This document shows, piece by piece, positions 9,273 through 18,474 of a stretch of DNA of 64,000 bases. The DNA comes from Opitutales bacterium. Its GTDB lineage: Bacteria; Verrucomicrobiota; Verrucomicrobiia; Opitutales; JAFGAQ01. Within the stretch, counting starts at the first letter, position 1. Each line of letters opens with the position of its first letter. The notes under the pieces were generated by a model. It saw only the letters and a list, made by a program, of their open reading frames with translations, did not search any database and had not been told where the DNA came from. Location: positions 40,524 to 104,523 of the forward strand of contig JAPXRV010000001.1 in assembly GCA_033813415.1 (NCBI GenBank). Direction: 5' to 3'. The position numbers and the translations under genes were made by a program.

Positions 9273-9791
9273 TCAACCTTCGGAATCGGCACGGACAGGA
9301 CGTTCGAGGATGAGATCGTAGTCCGAGAAAGCGTGTTTATGGTAAAACTGAATGGCCGTGGAATTTCCTGCGGAAACGCGGACCGAAATTTTCCCGTATC
9401 CTTCATGATTGCACCAATTGAGAAAGGCGTCGAACAACAAGTGCCCGACCGATCGACCCCGGGCATGGGGTTGAACGAAGAATGTATCGAGTTCGGCCAT
9501 GCGGGCTGAAATACGGTGGGCCGGGTAATCCGCCTCTCCGCCCGTTATAAATCCGAGTAATTTGTGGTTTTCATCTTCTGCCAGAATGACCACCCCGCTG
9601 CTGACAATCCGATCAAGGTAGAACCCGGATCCAAGCGGAGAATGGGTCCAATCGAGGTCCAGTGACGGGTCGAATGCGTGATCGAAGCGGAACAGTGCCG
9701 AATCGAGCGCAAGAATCGCATCCAGGTCCGACGCGTTGGCCGGCCGGGTTTTTATGATGTGAGGTTCTTTTTCCATTGTGCAGGATGACAA
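9273..9791 (-). CDS. GNAT-family N-acetyltransferase
   Basis: Acetyl-CoA binding motif FFVQPHARGRSVGHLLFDAFLNW (Q/RxxGxG/A type), about 170 aa. Confidence 0.8.
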   Translation of the reverse strand: MSSCTMEKEPHIIKTRPANASDLDAILALDSALFRFDHAFDPSLDLDWTHSPLGSGFYLDRIVSSGVVILAEDENHKLLGFITGGEADYPAHRISARMAELDTFFVQPHARGRSVGHLLFDAFLNWCNHEGYGKISVRVSAGNSTAIQFYHKHAFSDYDLILERPVRADSEG

Positions 9792-9844
9792 CTGTGCTTC
9801 AATCGCACCTTTGATGCAACATCATCGTTGGAACGAATTGCTTC

Positions 9845-11401
9845 ATGAAACCTTATTTGCTGGTAACTGATCACCCTGAGCGCTGGAGAGAAATTCTTCC
9901 GGGGGCGTCCCTCATCTCTGCGAGTGCCTATTTTACGGACAGTGAATACGCTGGCAACAAGACGGCCAGAGTGATCAATCTCTGTAACTCATACCGTTAT
10001 CAGAGCAAGGGATACTATGTTTCATTGGTTGCTGAAGCCCGCGGGCACAGGCCGCTGCCAGCCATCGAAACCGTGAGGGATACCCGTCAGCCGTCCATCA
10101 TCCGTTTGCTGTCTTCCGATATTCAGGATGTGATCCACAAGTCCTTTCAGAATTGGAAGGATGATGTGTTTGAGCTGCGGATTTACTTTTCAAGGACGCC
10201 CGAAAAGGCCTTCGAGAAATTGGCCCGGCAGATGTACAATCTTTTTCCGGCTCCTTTGCTGAAGACCCAATTCAAGAAGACGGAGGACGGGTGGACGCTG
10301 GTGAATGTCAGCATGCTTTCACTAACACAGGTTCCATCGCAGGAACGCCCATTTATGAAGGACGCTGTGGAGCGTTTCGTAGGCGGGCATGGGGTGAGCG
10401 TCAGGCGCAAACACTTTTCGAGATACAGCCTTGCGATTCTCTACGATCCCAAGGATCCGGCAGAGAAGGCGTCCGATCAGAAAGCGATCCAGAATTTTGT
10501 GCAGGCTGCGGAGGCCTTGTCCATTGACTGTGAGTTGATCGGGCAGGACGACTACGGAAAAATCGCCGAATTCGATGCGTTGTTTATCCGCGAGACAACC
10601 GGAGTGAACCACTATACCTATCGATTCGCCCGAAAGGCCGAGCACGAAAACCTGGTCGTGATCGATGACCCGAAGTCCATTCTCAAATGCGCCAACAAAG
10701 TGTTTTTGGCTGAGATTCTTTCCCGCTTGAAAATTCCGATTCCAAAAACCGTTTTGATCGACCGGGAGAATCATGCACAGGCCATTGAGCAGCTCGGGTT
10801 TCCAATCGTGTTGAAAAAGCCTGATTCCTCTTTTTCACAAGGAGTGAAGAAAGCAGAAAACCTCAAGCAATGGGAGACTGAGCTCGCTCACATGTTTGAA
10901 AGCTCGGATCTGGTGGTGGCCCAGCAATTCATCCCGACCGAGTTCGACTGGAGGATAGGCGTGCTCAACCGTAAGGTCCTCTATGCCTGCCGTTACTATA
11001 TGGCTCCAAAACACTGGCAGATCTACAACCGGACGAGTGCCCGCAATACCCGCGTTGGAAAGTCGGAAACCGTTCAATTGGAGGAGGTTCCGTTGATTGT
11101 TCTCAACACCGCTCTCAAGGCTGCCAATGCCATCGGAGACGGGTTATATGGGGTTGACATCAAGCTGGTGGGTTCCCAATGCATGGTTGTGGAGATCAAT
11201 GACAACCCGAGTATTGATAGTGGAGTGGAGGACAAGGTGCTCAAGGGCCGGCTTTACTCGGCTGTCATGGAAGAGTTTTTCAGGCGGATGGAACTCAAGG
11301 CCACGGCTTCATCGACTCCGTCAGGAAGCGGTAACGGCCGGGCTCGCAAAAACCAGACGCTTCCAATCCCCGGCGAAATAGGAGAGGTAGGGGTGTCCTG
11401 A
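9845..11401 (+). CDS. RimK-family ATP-grasp ligase with RimK-like N-terminal (RLAN-type) domain
   Basis: N-terminus has VINLCNSYRYQSKGYYVSLVAEARGHRPLP. The ATP-grasp core has VLKKPDSSFSQGVKKAEN, VVAQQFIPTEFDWRIGVLNRKVLYACRYYM and GVDIKLVGSQCMVVEINDNPS. Confidence 0.8.
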   Translation: MKPYLLVTDHPERWREILPGASLISASAYFTDSEYAGNKTARVINLCNSYRYQSKGYYVSLVAEARGHRPLPAIETVRDTRQPSIIRLLSSDIQDVIHKSFQNWKDDVFELRIYFSRTPEKAFEKLARQMYNLFPAPLLKTQFKKTEDGWTLVNVSMLSLTQVPSQERPFMKDAVERFVGGHGVSVRRKHFSRYSLAILYDPKDPAEKASDQKAIQNFVQAAEALSIDCELIGQDDYGKIAEFDALFIRETTGVNHYTYRFARKAEHENLVVIDDPKSILKCANKVFLAEILSRLKIPIPKTVLIDRENHAQAIEQLGFPIVLKKPDSSFSQGVKKAENLKQWETELAHMFESSDLVVAQQFIPTEFDWRIGVLNRKVLYACRYYMAPKHWQIYNRTSARNTRVGKSETVQLEEVPLIVLNTALKAANAIGDGLYGVDIKLVGSQCMVVEINDNPSIDSGVEDKVLKGRLYSAVMEEFFRRMELKATASSTPSGSGNGRARKNQTLPIPGEIGEVGVS

Positions 11402-11444
11402 TCGGGCATCGTTTAATTCTATAATAGAAGGGAATCGGTATTTC

Positions 11445-12368
11445 ATGACAACGAACGGATATGTTCAGGCCAACACCATGGGCAGGCTCCATGATGCAAG
11501 GGAGGCATCACTGTCTCCTCTGGACCGTGGGTTTCTCTATGGTGATGCGATTTACGAAGTGTGGAGAACCTACGACAAGGTTCTTTTCGCGATGGAAGCA
11601 CACTGGGAACGGTTGAACCGTTCGGCAGCGGGGATCGGGATGACCATGCCGTTGACTTCAGAGTCCGTCATGCCGGAAATCCGCCGAACGGTTGATGCGT
11701 GGAGAGCGCATACCGGAATGGATTCTGAGGTTTATGTGCGACTCCAGGTATCGAGGGGCGCGGGTGAGATCGGGTTAAACCCGACCTATTCTGAGACTCC
11801 GAATTGGGTGATTTTGGTAAAAGCGCTTCACGACCTCAGTCCAGCCGCTCTCGACAAGGGATACTCGGTTGGAATCTCGCGGTCGGTCAGGCGCAATCCA
11901 CGCTGGGCGCTTTCGCCCGAACTCAAAACCGGAAACTACCTTAACAACATCATGGGGTTTGCGGATGGACTTGAACAACGCAGAGACGAGGTTCTGATGC
12001 TCAATGGCGAGGGATTGCTCACAGAAGGGACCACCCGTAATATCTGGCTGGTCCTCGAGGATCGTGTCGCAGGTCCGCGACAGGAGGATGGAATACTGGG
12101 TGGGGTAACCCGCAGCATCCTGCTCAGGCATGCGCGGGAGTTCAGCACCTTGCCGTTCACAGAGGAACCACTTCACGAGGATATGCTTTCAAAAGCACGT
12201 GAGGCCTTCTTTTCTTCTACTACACAGGATGTCCAGCCGGTGTCCTGCGTGGACAGCATCGCATTCAAAACCGGACCGGAGACGATCACCCGGGCGATCA
12301 AGAGTCGCTTTCGTGAATGGATTGCCGAATACACCCGCTCACATCCCCAATGGAGGGTGGATTCTTGA
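11445..12368 (+). CDS. class IV (fold type IV) aminotransferase: branched-chain / D-amino-acid aminotransferase or ADC-lyase family
   Basis: LDRGFLYGDAIYEVWRTYDKVLFAMEAHWERLNRSA, ELKTGNYLNNIM and EGTTRNIWLV. Confidence 0.85.
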   Translation: MTTNGYVQANTMGRLHDAREASLSPLDRGFLYGDAIYEVWRTYDKVLFAMEAHWERLNRSAAGIGMTMPLTSESVMPEIRRTVDAWRAHTGMDSEVYVRLQVSRGAGEIGLNPTYSETPNWVILVKALHDLSPAALDKGYSVGISRSVRRNPRWALSPELKTGNYLNNIMGFADGLEQRRDEVLMLNGEGLLTEGTTRNIWLVLEDRVAGPRQEDGILGGVTRSILLRHAREFSTLPFTEEPLHEDMLSKAREAFFSSTTQDVQPVSCVDSIAFKTGPETITRAIKSRFREWIAEYTRSHPQWRVDS

Positions 12369-12397
12369 GTTTCCTCTCTTTCCCCGCATTGGCTTTG

Positions 12398-12414
12398 TTT
12401 GACCTGTGGTCAAA
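12398..12414. promoter_or_regulatory. perfect 17-bp palindrome TTTGACC-TGT-GGTCAAA upstream of yajC-secDF
   Basis: Read directly from the sequence. It lies 30 nt after the aminotransferase stop and about 95 nt before the yajC ATG. A TTGACA hexamer follows at 12441-12446. It may be an operator or a weak terminator; the function is unknown. Confidence 0.3.
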
Positions 12415-12507
12415 ATATCAGCTCCCTTCTTTGCAAACTCTTGACATCCGGGAGCGTGGAAGGTTCATATCTACAATTTTCACAATTTCCACACACAAAG
12501 GATCTCT

Positions 12508-12840
12508 ATGGTCTCCTCACAATTATTGACACTCGCCGCAGGTCAGGCTCCTCAGCAAAGTAACCCGTTGTTCATGCTTGGCTTTTTCGCTCTGATGTTC
12601 GGAGGCATGTATTTCCTGATGATCGCACCCCAGCGCAAGAAACAGAAGGAGCATGAAGAGATGGTGAAAGGGCTCAAGGCCGGGGATGAGGTTTTGACTG
12701 CGTCCGGCATCTACGGGAAAATCAACAGCGTCAAGGATGGCCGTATCGTGGTGACGATCGGCGAGTCCACAAAGGTCGAGATGAGCCCGGCATTTGTTCA
12801 ACAAAAAATCGTGCGGGCGGAAAAGAAAGATAAGGCATAA
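12508..12840 (+). CDS. yajC: preprotein translocase subunit YajC
   Basis: MYFLMIAPQRKKQKEHEEMVKGLKAGDEVLTASGIYGKINSVKDGRIVV. An AAAGGA Shine-Dalgarno-like element lies just upstream. Confidence 0.9.
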   Translation: MVSSQLLTLAAGQAPQQSNPLFMLGFFALMFGGMYFLMIAPQRKKQKEHEEMVKGLKAGDEVLTASGIYGKINSVKDGRIVVTIGESTKVEMSPAFVQQKIVRAEKKDKA

Positions 12841-12896
12841 GATCCAACTTTTTCGAAACATCTGAATCAGATCAATTTTTCAAAACCCCAAACTGA

Positions 12897-15485
12897 ATGA
12901 AGAAGCGTATTATTTGGAAACTTGTTGTATCCGCGATGATCATTGCGTGGTCAGTCATGAGTCTGGTCCCGATCAGCGACATCGATTTTGCGGAATACCT
13001 CGAGAAAGAAGTCAGCGCGAACTACAGCGAGTTTCAGATACTCTTGGATGAAGCCAAGACGGTGATCTCGGAGGATAAGAATGTCAACTCCGTCTATGTC
13101 GCTCTCAGTCAGCTTGTTGCGGAACAGAAGATCGACCTTCGCAAGTTTTTCCCGCACATCAATCTTCGGGACATCAAAAATATCGAACGCAGCAACGAGA
13201 TCCTTCTTAAGCATTTGTTGGCGACGAGCCGCGGAAAGATCAAGAAGGGTCTGGATCTGCAGGGTGGGGTGTCTTTCACGCTCCAGGTTGATGAGTCGGC
13301 AATTTCTGACAAGCAAAGCTATGAGCTTCAGGAGCAGCTCTCCAAGGCGATCGATATCATGGAAAAGCGGGTCAATGGACTCGGTGTGAGTGAGCCGGTC
13401 ATCCGTGCAGTCGGAGACAGCCGCATCGAGATTCAGATTCCCGGACTGAGTGTGCGTGAAAATCCTCAAGTGATTGATGCGGTAAAGAAACCTGCCCGTT
13501 TGGAGTTCCGTCTCGTTCACCGCGACCGCACGCCTCCCGCAACGGCCGAATCGATGGCCGGCACTGACATTCCACCTGCAGGTTACGAGAAACTCCTCAT
13601 GGAGCGGGAAGACCGCAAGACCGGTGAAGTGCAGTATATTCCATACTACGTGAAACGGGTTCCCGAAGCCACGGGCGAGATAGTGGCCCGCTCGGTTCCG
13701 ACCATGGATGAAACCGGCGGGTTTAAGATCAACATGCAGTTCACGGATGAAGGGAGCGACCGTTTTGCCAGGATCACCGGTATGATCGCGGCTGAAAACC
13801 GCCGGCGCGAGCAGGAAACCGGTGCGGCAAATCCAGGACAACTTGCCATCGTGCTTGACGGGATTCTCCACAGCGCACCAACAGTCCGCGACGAAATCCG
13901 CGGAGGAGGTGCCGAGATCAGCGGCGATTTTACGCAGCGCGAAGCAATTGAGCTTTCGAATGTGCTGAATAACCCGTTGGCAGTTGAGTTGGCAGTGGCC
14001 GAAATGTATGAGGTCGGGCCTTCACTCGCAGAGGACGCAAGGGATGCCAGTATCCGGGCCGCACTCCTCGGTGGCTCGATGGTCATGATCTTCATGGTCG
14101 CTTACTATGGTCTCGGAGGGATCGTAGCCGTCATTTCGGTTGCATTCAACATCGTGATCCTGCTTGGCGTTCTCGCCAGTTTCGGTGCCACGATGACCCT
14201 GCCTGGCGTGGCCGGGGTGGTGCTCACTATCGGTATGGCCGTTGACGCAAATATCCTCATTTTTGAACGTATCCGCGAAGAACTGCGTGCCGGAAAGAAC
14301 ACGGTCAACGCGTTGCGCGGTGGCTATGAAAAAGCGCTTTCGACTATTGTGGATGCGAATGTGACGACCCTGATCACATCCATGATCCTGATCTGGATGG
14401 GAAGTGGACCGATCAAAGGATTCGGAGTGACACTAGCAGTCGGTATCGGAGGCACGCTGTTTTGCTCCCTCATCGTGAGCCGGTTGATTCTGGAGGTTCT
14501 GGTGGAAGGACTGAAAGTGAACCGGATTCTCGGATTCACGCTCCTGGGAAACACGGCTTTCGATTTCATGAGATTCCGGGTTCCCGCATTCATCGTGAGC
14601 TGGTCTATTGTGCTGATCGGCTTTGGACACCTCCTCATAAGTAACGATCGCATCTTTGGTATCGATTTTGTGGGTGGGGATGAACTCACGGTTGAGTTCC
14701 AGGAAAAAATCGCCATGAGCGACTTCCAAACGGTGGCACAGGCCGAGAACGCCGGTGAAGTCAGTGCGGTTTATCAGACGCTGATTGGCGACAACAAGTC
14801 GATCATCAAGATCCAGACTGAGATTGGACAGGGAAATCGCTATTTCGATGCACTCCATGCGGCCTTTCCGGATGCCGGTCTCAAGCTGATTGGGGAGAAT
14901 ACGATTGGTGCTTCGGTCAGCAAAGACATTCAGCGCCAAGCGTTTGTTTCCGTTCTGGTGGCTTTGATGGGCATTCTGCTATACGTAGCTTTGCGGTTTG
15001 AAGTTGGATACGGTGTGGGTGCGGTCATCTCGCTGGTGCACGACTTGTTCATGACACTCGGTGTATTTGTGTTTGTGGGAGGTCAATTCACCGCCCCGAT
15101 GATCGCAGCCGTGCTCATGGTTATCGGTTATTCGATCAACGACACCATCGTTATATTTGACCGTATCCGTGAAGAACTTGGATTGCGTCCCGGGATGAGT
15201 CTCTATGACGTGATCAAGCTCTCGATCAACGCCACCCTTGGTCGAAGCATTCTGACAAGCTTCACAACCTTCATTTCGGCTCTTGCTCTTTATATTTTTG
15301 GGGCCGGCGTGATCACCGATTTCGCGTTCATATTCATGACCGGTATCATTACGGGAACCTTCTCCTCGATCTTTATCGCGAGCCCGATCTTCTACTGGTG
15401 GCACAAGGGTGACCGTAAGCATGTGGAAGAGCGCGAGCTTCTGCCAAAGTATGAATGGCAGAGCAGTTCAAAGGCTGCAGATTGA
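12897..15485 (+). CDS. secDF: fused protein translocase subunit SecDF
   Basis: 862 aa. The SecD periplasmic domain is followed by two 6-TM bundles, with GLDLQGG, VDANILIFERIREE and the SecF part INDTIVIFDRIRE. Confidence 0.95.
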   Translation: MKKRIIWKLVVSAMIIAWSVMSLVPISDIDFAEYLEKEVSANYSEFQILLDEAKTVISEDKNVNSVYVALSQLVAEQKIDLRKFFPHINLRDIKNIERSNEILLKHLLATSRGKIKKGLDLQGGVSFTLQVDESAISDKQSYELQEQLSKAIDIMEKRVNGLGVSEPVIRAVGDSRIEIQIPGLSVRENPQVIDAVKKPARLEFRLVHRDRTPPATAESMAGTDIPPAGYEKLLMEREDRKTGEVQYIPYYVKRVPEATGEIVARSVPTMDETGGFKINMQFTDEGSDRFARITGMIAAENRRREQETGAANPGQLAIVLDGILHSAPTVRDEIRGGGAEISGDFTQREAIELSNVLNNPLAVELAVAEMYEVGPSLAEDARDASIRAALLGGSMVMIFMVAYYGLGGIVAVISVAFNIVILLGVLASFGATMTLPGVAGVVLTIGMAVDANILIFERIREELRAGKNTVNALRGGYEKALSTIVDANVTTLITSMILIWMGSGPIKGFGVTLAVGIGGTLFCSLIVSRLILEVLVEGLKVNRILGFTLLGNTAFDFMRFRVPAFIVSWSIVLIGFGHLLISNDRIFGIDFVGGDELTVEFQEKIAMSDFQTVAQAENAGEVSAVYQTLIGDNKSIIKIQTEIGQGNRYFDALHAAFPDAGLKLIGENTIGASVSKDIQRQAFVSVLVALMGILLYVALRFEVGYGVGAVISLVHDLFMTLGVFVFVGGQFTAPMIAAVLMVIGYSINDTIVIFDRIREELGLRPGMSLYDVIKLSINATLGRSILTSFTTFISALALYIFGAGVITDFAFIFMTGIITGTFSSIFIASPIFYWWHKGDRKHVEERELLPKYEWQSSSKAAD

Positions 15486-17254
15486 TCCCTTTTCCGACTC
15501 CGCCCGAATTGTTGCATTCGTTGAATTGGACAGCTCAACCGGTATCAGAGGATGACCTGAATCGGGTCCAGCGCAGCTTGGGCTGTGGCAGGATTACCGC
15601 AACTCTTCTCTGCCAGCGCATCAATGGTGATGAGCGGGAGATGCGGAAATTCCTGGCTCCACGTTTGTCGGGTATCTCCGATCCATTCTCCATTCGGGGA
15701 ATGGATCAGGTGGTCTCACGCGTGTTGCGGGCCCGCATCAATCGCAAACGCATCCACGTATTCGGGGATTACGATGTGGACGGAGTGTCCAGCACGGTAT
15801 TGATGGTGCAGGTGTTGAGCGAAATCGGATGTTCGGTTTCCTATTCGATGCCCCGAAGGAACGAAGAGGGTTACGGGTTAACCTTGTCGCATGTCGAAAA
15901 AGTGGTCTCGGAGCTTCCGGTCGACATCTGGATGGCCTTGGATTGTGGCTCAAACGCTCATGCATCGATCCGGTTTCTTCAGGAAAAAGGTGTGGATGTG
16001 ATCGTGATTGATCACCATCAGGTGCGTAACGGGTTACCGGACAAGGTGATGATGATCAACCCGCACACCGATGGTTGCGAATGTCGTGGGCAGCTCAACC
16101 TATGTACAGGAGCACTGGTTTTCAAATTGATTCAAGCCCTGATGAACCGTATTCAGGATGATCCGGACGATCATTGGGAGGGAGGTGCGCTCAAAGACTA
16201 TTTGGATCTCGTGGCCTTGGCGTGTGTTACCGATCTGGTCCCTCTGGTTCAGGAAAACCGGGTATTGGTTCACTTCGGACTTCAAAGGCTGAGTCGCAGC
16301 ACACGTCCCGGGATTCAGGCGCTCATGGATGTCGCGGGTATCGACTACGGACAGACGCTTGATGCCAGCGATATCAGCTACAAGTTAGGCCCCCGGATCA
16401 ATGCCGGAGGTCGTCTCAATGATGCGATGTTGCCGGTTCGACTGTTGCTCTCCCAGGATTTCAATTCCTGTGTCAAGGACGCTTGCGAGCTCGAAGGCAT
16501 GAATCAGGAACGGCAGTTCATCGAACGCTGTGTCTATGCATCTGCTATTCAGAGTGTGGAGAAAAACGGATTGGGCGACCGCCACGGCTTGGTCCTCTAC
16601 GACCCGGAATGGCACACGGGAGTGGTGGGGATCGTGTCCAACCGTCTGGTGCGTCAATTGAATCGTCCAGTGATTGTGCTTGGTAACGAAGGAGCGATCG
16701 CCAAAGGATCCTGCCGCGGAGTGGATGGCTTGGATATGGTTGAGATACTGGATCAGTGTTCAGAGTTTTTGATCGAGTGGGGTGGACATCCCATGGCTGC
16801 CGGATTGTCACTCCATCCGGACGCGGTGCCTGGTTTCTCGGATCGGTTCAACGCCTTGGTATCCCATGCGAAACCGGTGGATTCCGGCTTTCCCGTTAGG
16901 GAGAACGGCACGAAAGTGGATCTGTGGGTCACAAGGGATCAGATTGACCGGAATCTGACCGACGAGATCCGGCGTTTTGGCCCATTTGGAATTTGCAATC
17001 CTGAACCTATTCTAGGTTTGAGGAATGTGCCGGTTGCCCGTGCTCCGGTTCGCTTCGGTTCCGATCACTACAAGTTCTGGGTAGGGTTGGATCGTCATGA
17101 GTACGATTTGATATGCCTCTCTTGGAATGGGGCTTCCAATATGCCCAGTGCCGGAAAGAGCGTGGACATTCTGTTCCGCTTGAAATGGCATGAGTGGAGA
17201 GGCAAGGGATATCCCGAAGCTACTTTGGTGGAGTGGCGCTACAGTGGGGATTAG
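15455..17254 (+). CDS. recJ: single-stranded-DNA-specific exonuclease RecJ
   Basis: DHH motifs IHVFGDYDVDGVSS, ALDCGS and VIVIDHH, plus DHHA1 GGHPMAAG. The true start may be the in-frame TTG at 15482, which overlaps the secDF stop. Confidence 0.9.
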   Translation: MAEQFKGCRLIPFPTPPELLHSLNWTAQPVSEDDLNRVQRSLGCGRITATLLCQRINGDEREMRKFLAPRLSGISDPFSIRGMDQVVSRVLRARINRKRIHVFGDYDVDGVSSTVLMVQVLSEIGCSVSYSMPRRNEEGYGLTLSHVEKVVSELPVDIWMALDCGSNAHASIRFLQEKGVDVIVIDHHQVRNGLPDKVMMINPHTDGCECRGQLNLCTGALVFKLIQALMNRIQDDPDDHWEGGALKDYLDLVALACVTDLVPLVQENRVLVHFGLQRLSRSTRPGIQALMDVAGIDYGQTLDASDISYKLGPRINAGGRLNDAMLPVRLLLSQDFNSCVKDACELEGMNQERQFIERCVYASAIQSVEKNGLGDRHGLVLYDPEWHTGVVGIVSNRLVRQLNRPVIVLGNEGAIAKGSCRGVDGLDMVEILDQCSEFLIEWGGHPMAAGLSLHPDAVPGFSDRFNALVSHAKPVDSGFPVRENGTKVDLWVTRDQIDRNLTDEIRRFGPFGICNPEPILGLRNVPVARAPVRFGSDHYKFWVGLDRHEYDLICLSWNGASNMPSAGKSVDILFRLKWHEWRGKGYPEATLVEWRYSGD

Positions 17255-17449
17255 AGTTTCGCCATACCCGCATCGGCTACCTGCTCGCTGGTTATTTGGA
17301 ACGATTCAGACAGTGACAGACAGCTGGAATAAGACTGTAATTACAACACTTCTCAGACAGTGTTTCCTGTCTTAAGTGATCATGATATCACAACAACGCC
17401 GCGTCCGGATGCCCTTTGTTTTGGTTCCGCCTTCGCAAAAGAAACCATA

Positions 17450-18403
17450 TCAAAGGTATCCTCTCAGCATGTCGGGAAGCTGGTTCAGACTGTAGCGAAG
17501 GGAAGTCAGGGTGAAGGCGTTTGCGTCGGTGTCAGCCTTCAGAATGAAGTGAAGTTCAGGGCACTCCTCCCAGTATGGCATGTTTGGCATTGGGATCTTG
17601 AATGGTCCGGAGTGGACGTCTGAGGCTTCCTCTGTATCAGAGGTCGCCGTCGTCTCTTCGTCGGAATTCTCTTCTTTTTTTGGTTCGAGGCTGCCAATCA
17701 TGCGCTTGGCAACATACACGGCGGCTGCCTCCGCTCTGAATTCGGAAGCCATCAATGGATCATTCTGGTGCCGGACTGGATGGGTCACTTCAGCCGGAAT
17801 GTTGTGCGACATTAAGTAGTGAGCCGCAATCATGGTATGATCCCATCCGATGATTTGCTGCTGGAGGGTTAGCATCTCCTGTTCGGTGGATGGCGCCATA
17901 CGGATGATCCGGTGCATCTCAGGCGTAAACGCATACAGCGCAACCAAATGTCCAACTCCATGGATCAAGCCCGAGACATAGTCAGAATCTCCCTGAGCTG
18001 AATGCTCGGAGTAGCTCAACAGCTCCCGCGTCATGATGGCGCAACCAATGCTCTGGCGCCAGAAAGAATTCCAGTCCACATCGGGAGCTTTGTCGGTGAA
18101 ACGTTGCAAGTCCTCAAGCACCGGAGTCGCCAAGGCCATTTGCCGGATCTGCTTGGTTCCGAGGTAGAACACGGCATCCTGAACACTATTCACTTTTTCC
18201 GTGAACCCGAAAAATACAGAGTTCACCATCTGCAGTAGTCTGGCTGTGAGCGATGGATCCCGCCGGATGATCTCTGCAATCTGGCCGGTGTAGTCCTGAT
18301 CCGCCGTCGCCAGATCCTGAAACGTCGAATTGATGCGACGGAGTGAGCCCAATCGAGGACAGGACTCAATTGACTTTCGGATTTCTGCGTCAGAAAATGG
18401 CAT
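17450..18403 (-). CDS. HDOD domain protein with acidic C-terminal tail
   Basis: N-terminal HDOD-like region (LPRLGSLRRINSTFQDLATADQDYTGQIAEIIRRDPSLTARLLQMVNSVFFG...HGVGHLV), followed by the acidic stretch KKEENSDEETTATSDTEEASD. Confidence 0.7.
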   Translation of the reverse strand: MPFSDAEIRKSIESCPRLGSLRRINSTFQDLATADQDYTGQIAEIIRRDPSLTARLLQMVNSVFFGFTEKVNSVQDAVFYLGTKQIRQMALATPVLEDLQRFTDKAPDVDWNSFWRQSIGCAIMTRELLSYSEHSAQGDSDYVSGLIHGVGHLVALYAFTPEMHRIIRMAPSTEQEMLTLQQQIIGWDHTMIAAHYLMSHNIPAEVTHPVRHQNDPLMASEFRAEAAAVYVAKRMIGSLEPKKEENSDEETTATSDTEEASDVHSGPFKIPMPNMPYWEECPELHFILKADTDANAFTLTSLRYSLNQLPDMLRGYL

Positions 18404-18474
18404 CGGAATTGAGCATCATAGAATCAGCAATCATCCGCTTCTTCAATTCCAAATCAAATCCCTTTGTCGAAGGG

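Noticed and set aside
15455-15485. A 31-nt overlap of the recJ ORF with the end of secDF, considered as a possible programmed overlap or frameshift.
   Set aside because: An in-frame TTG at 15482 would give a simple 4-nt TTGA overlap. Uncertainty about the start codon is the simpler explanation.
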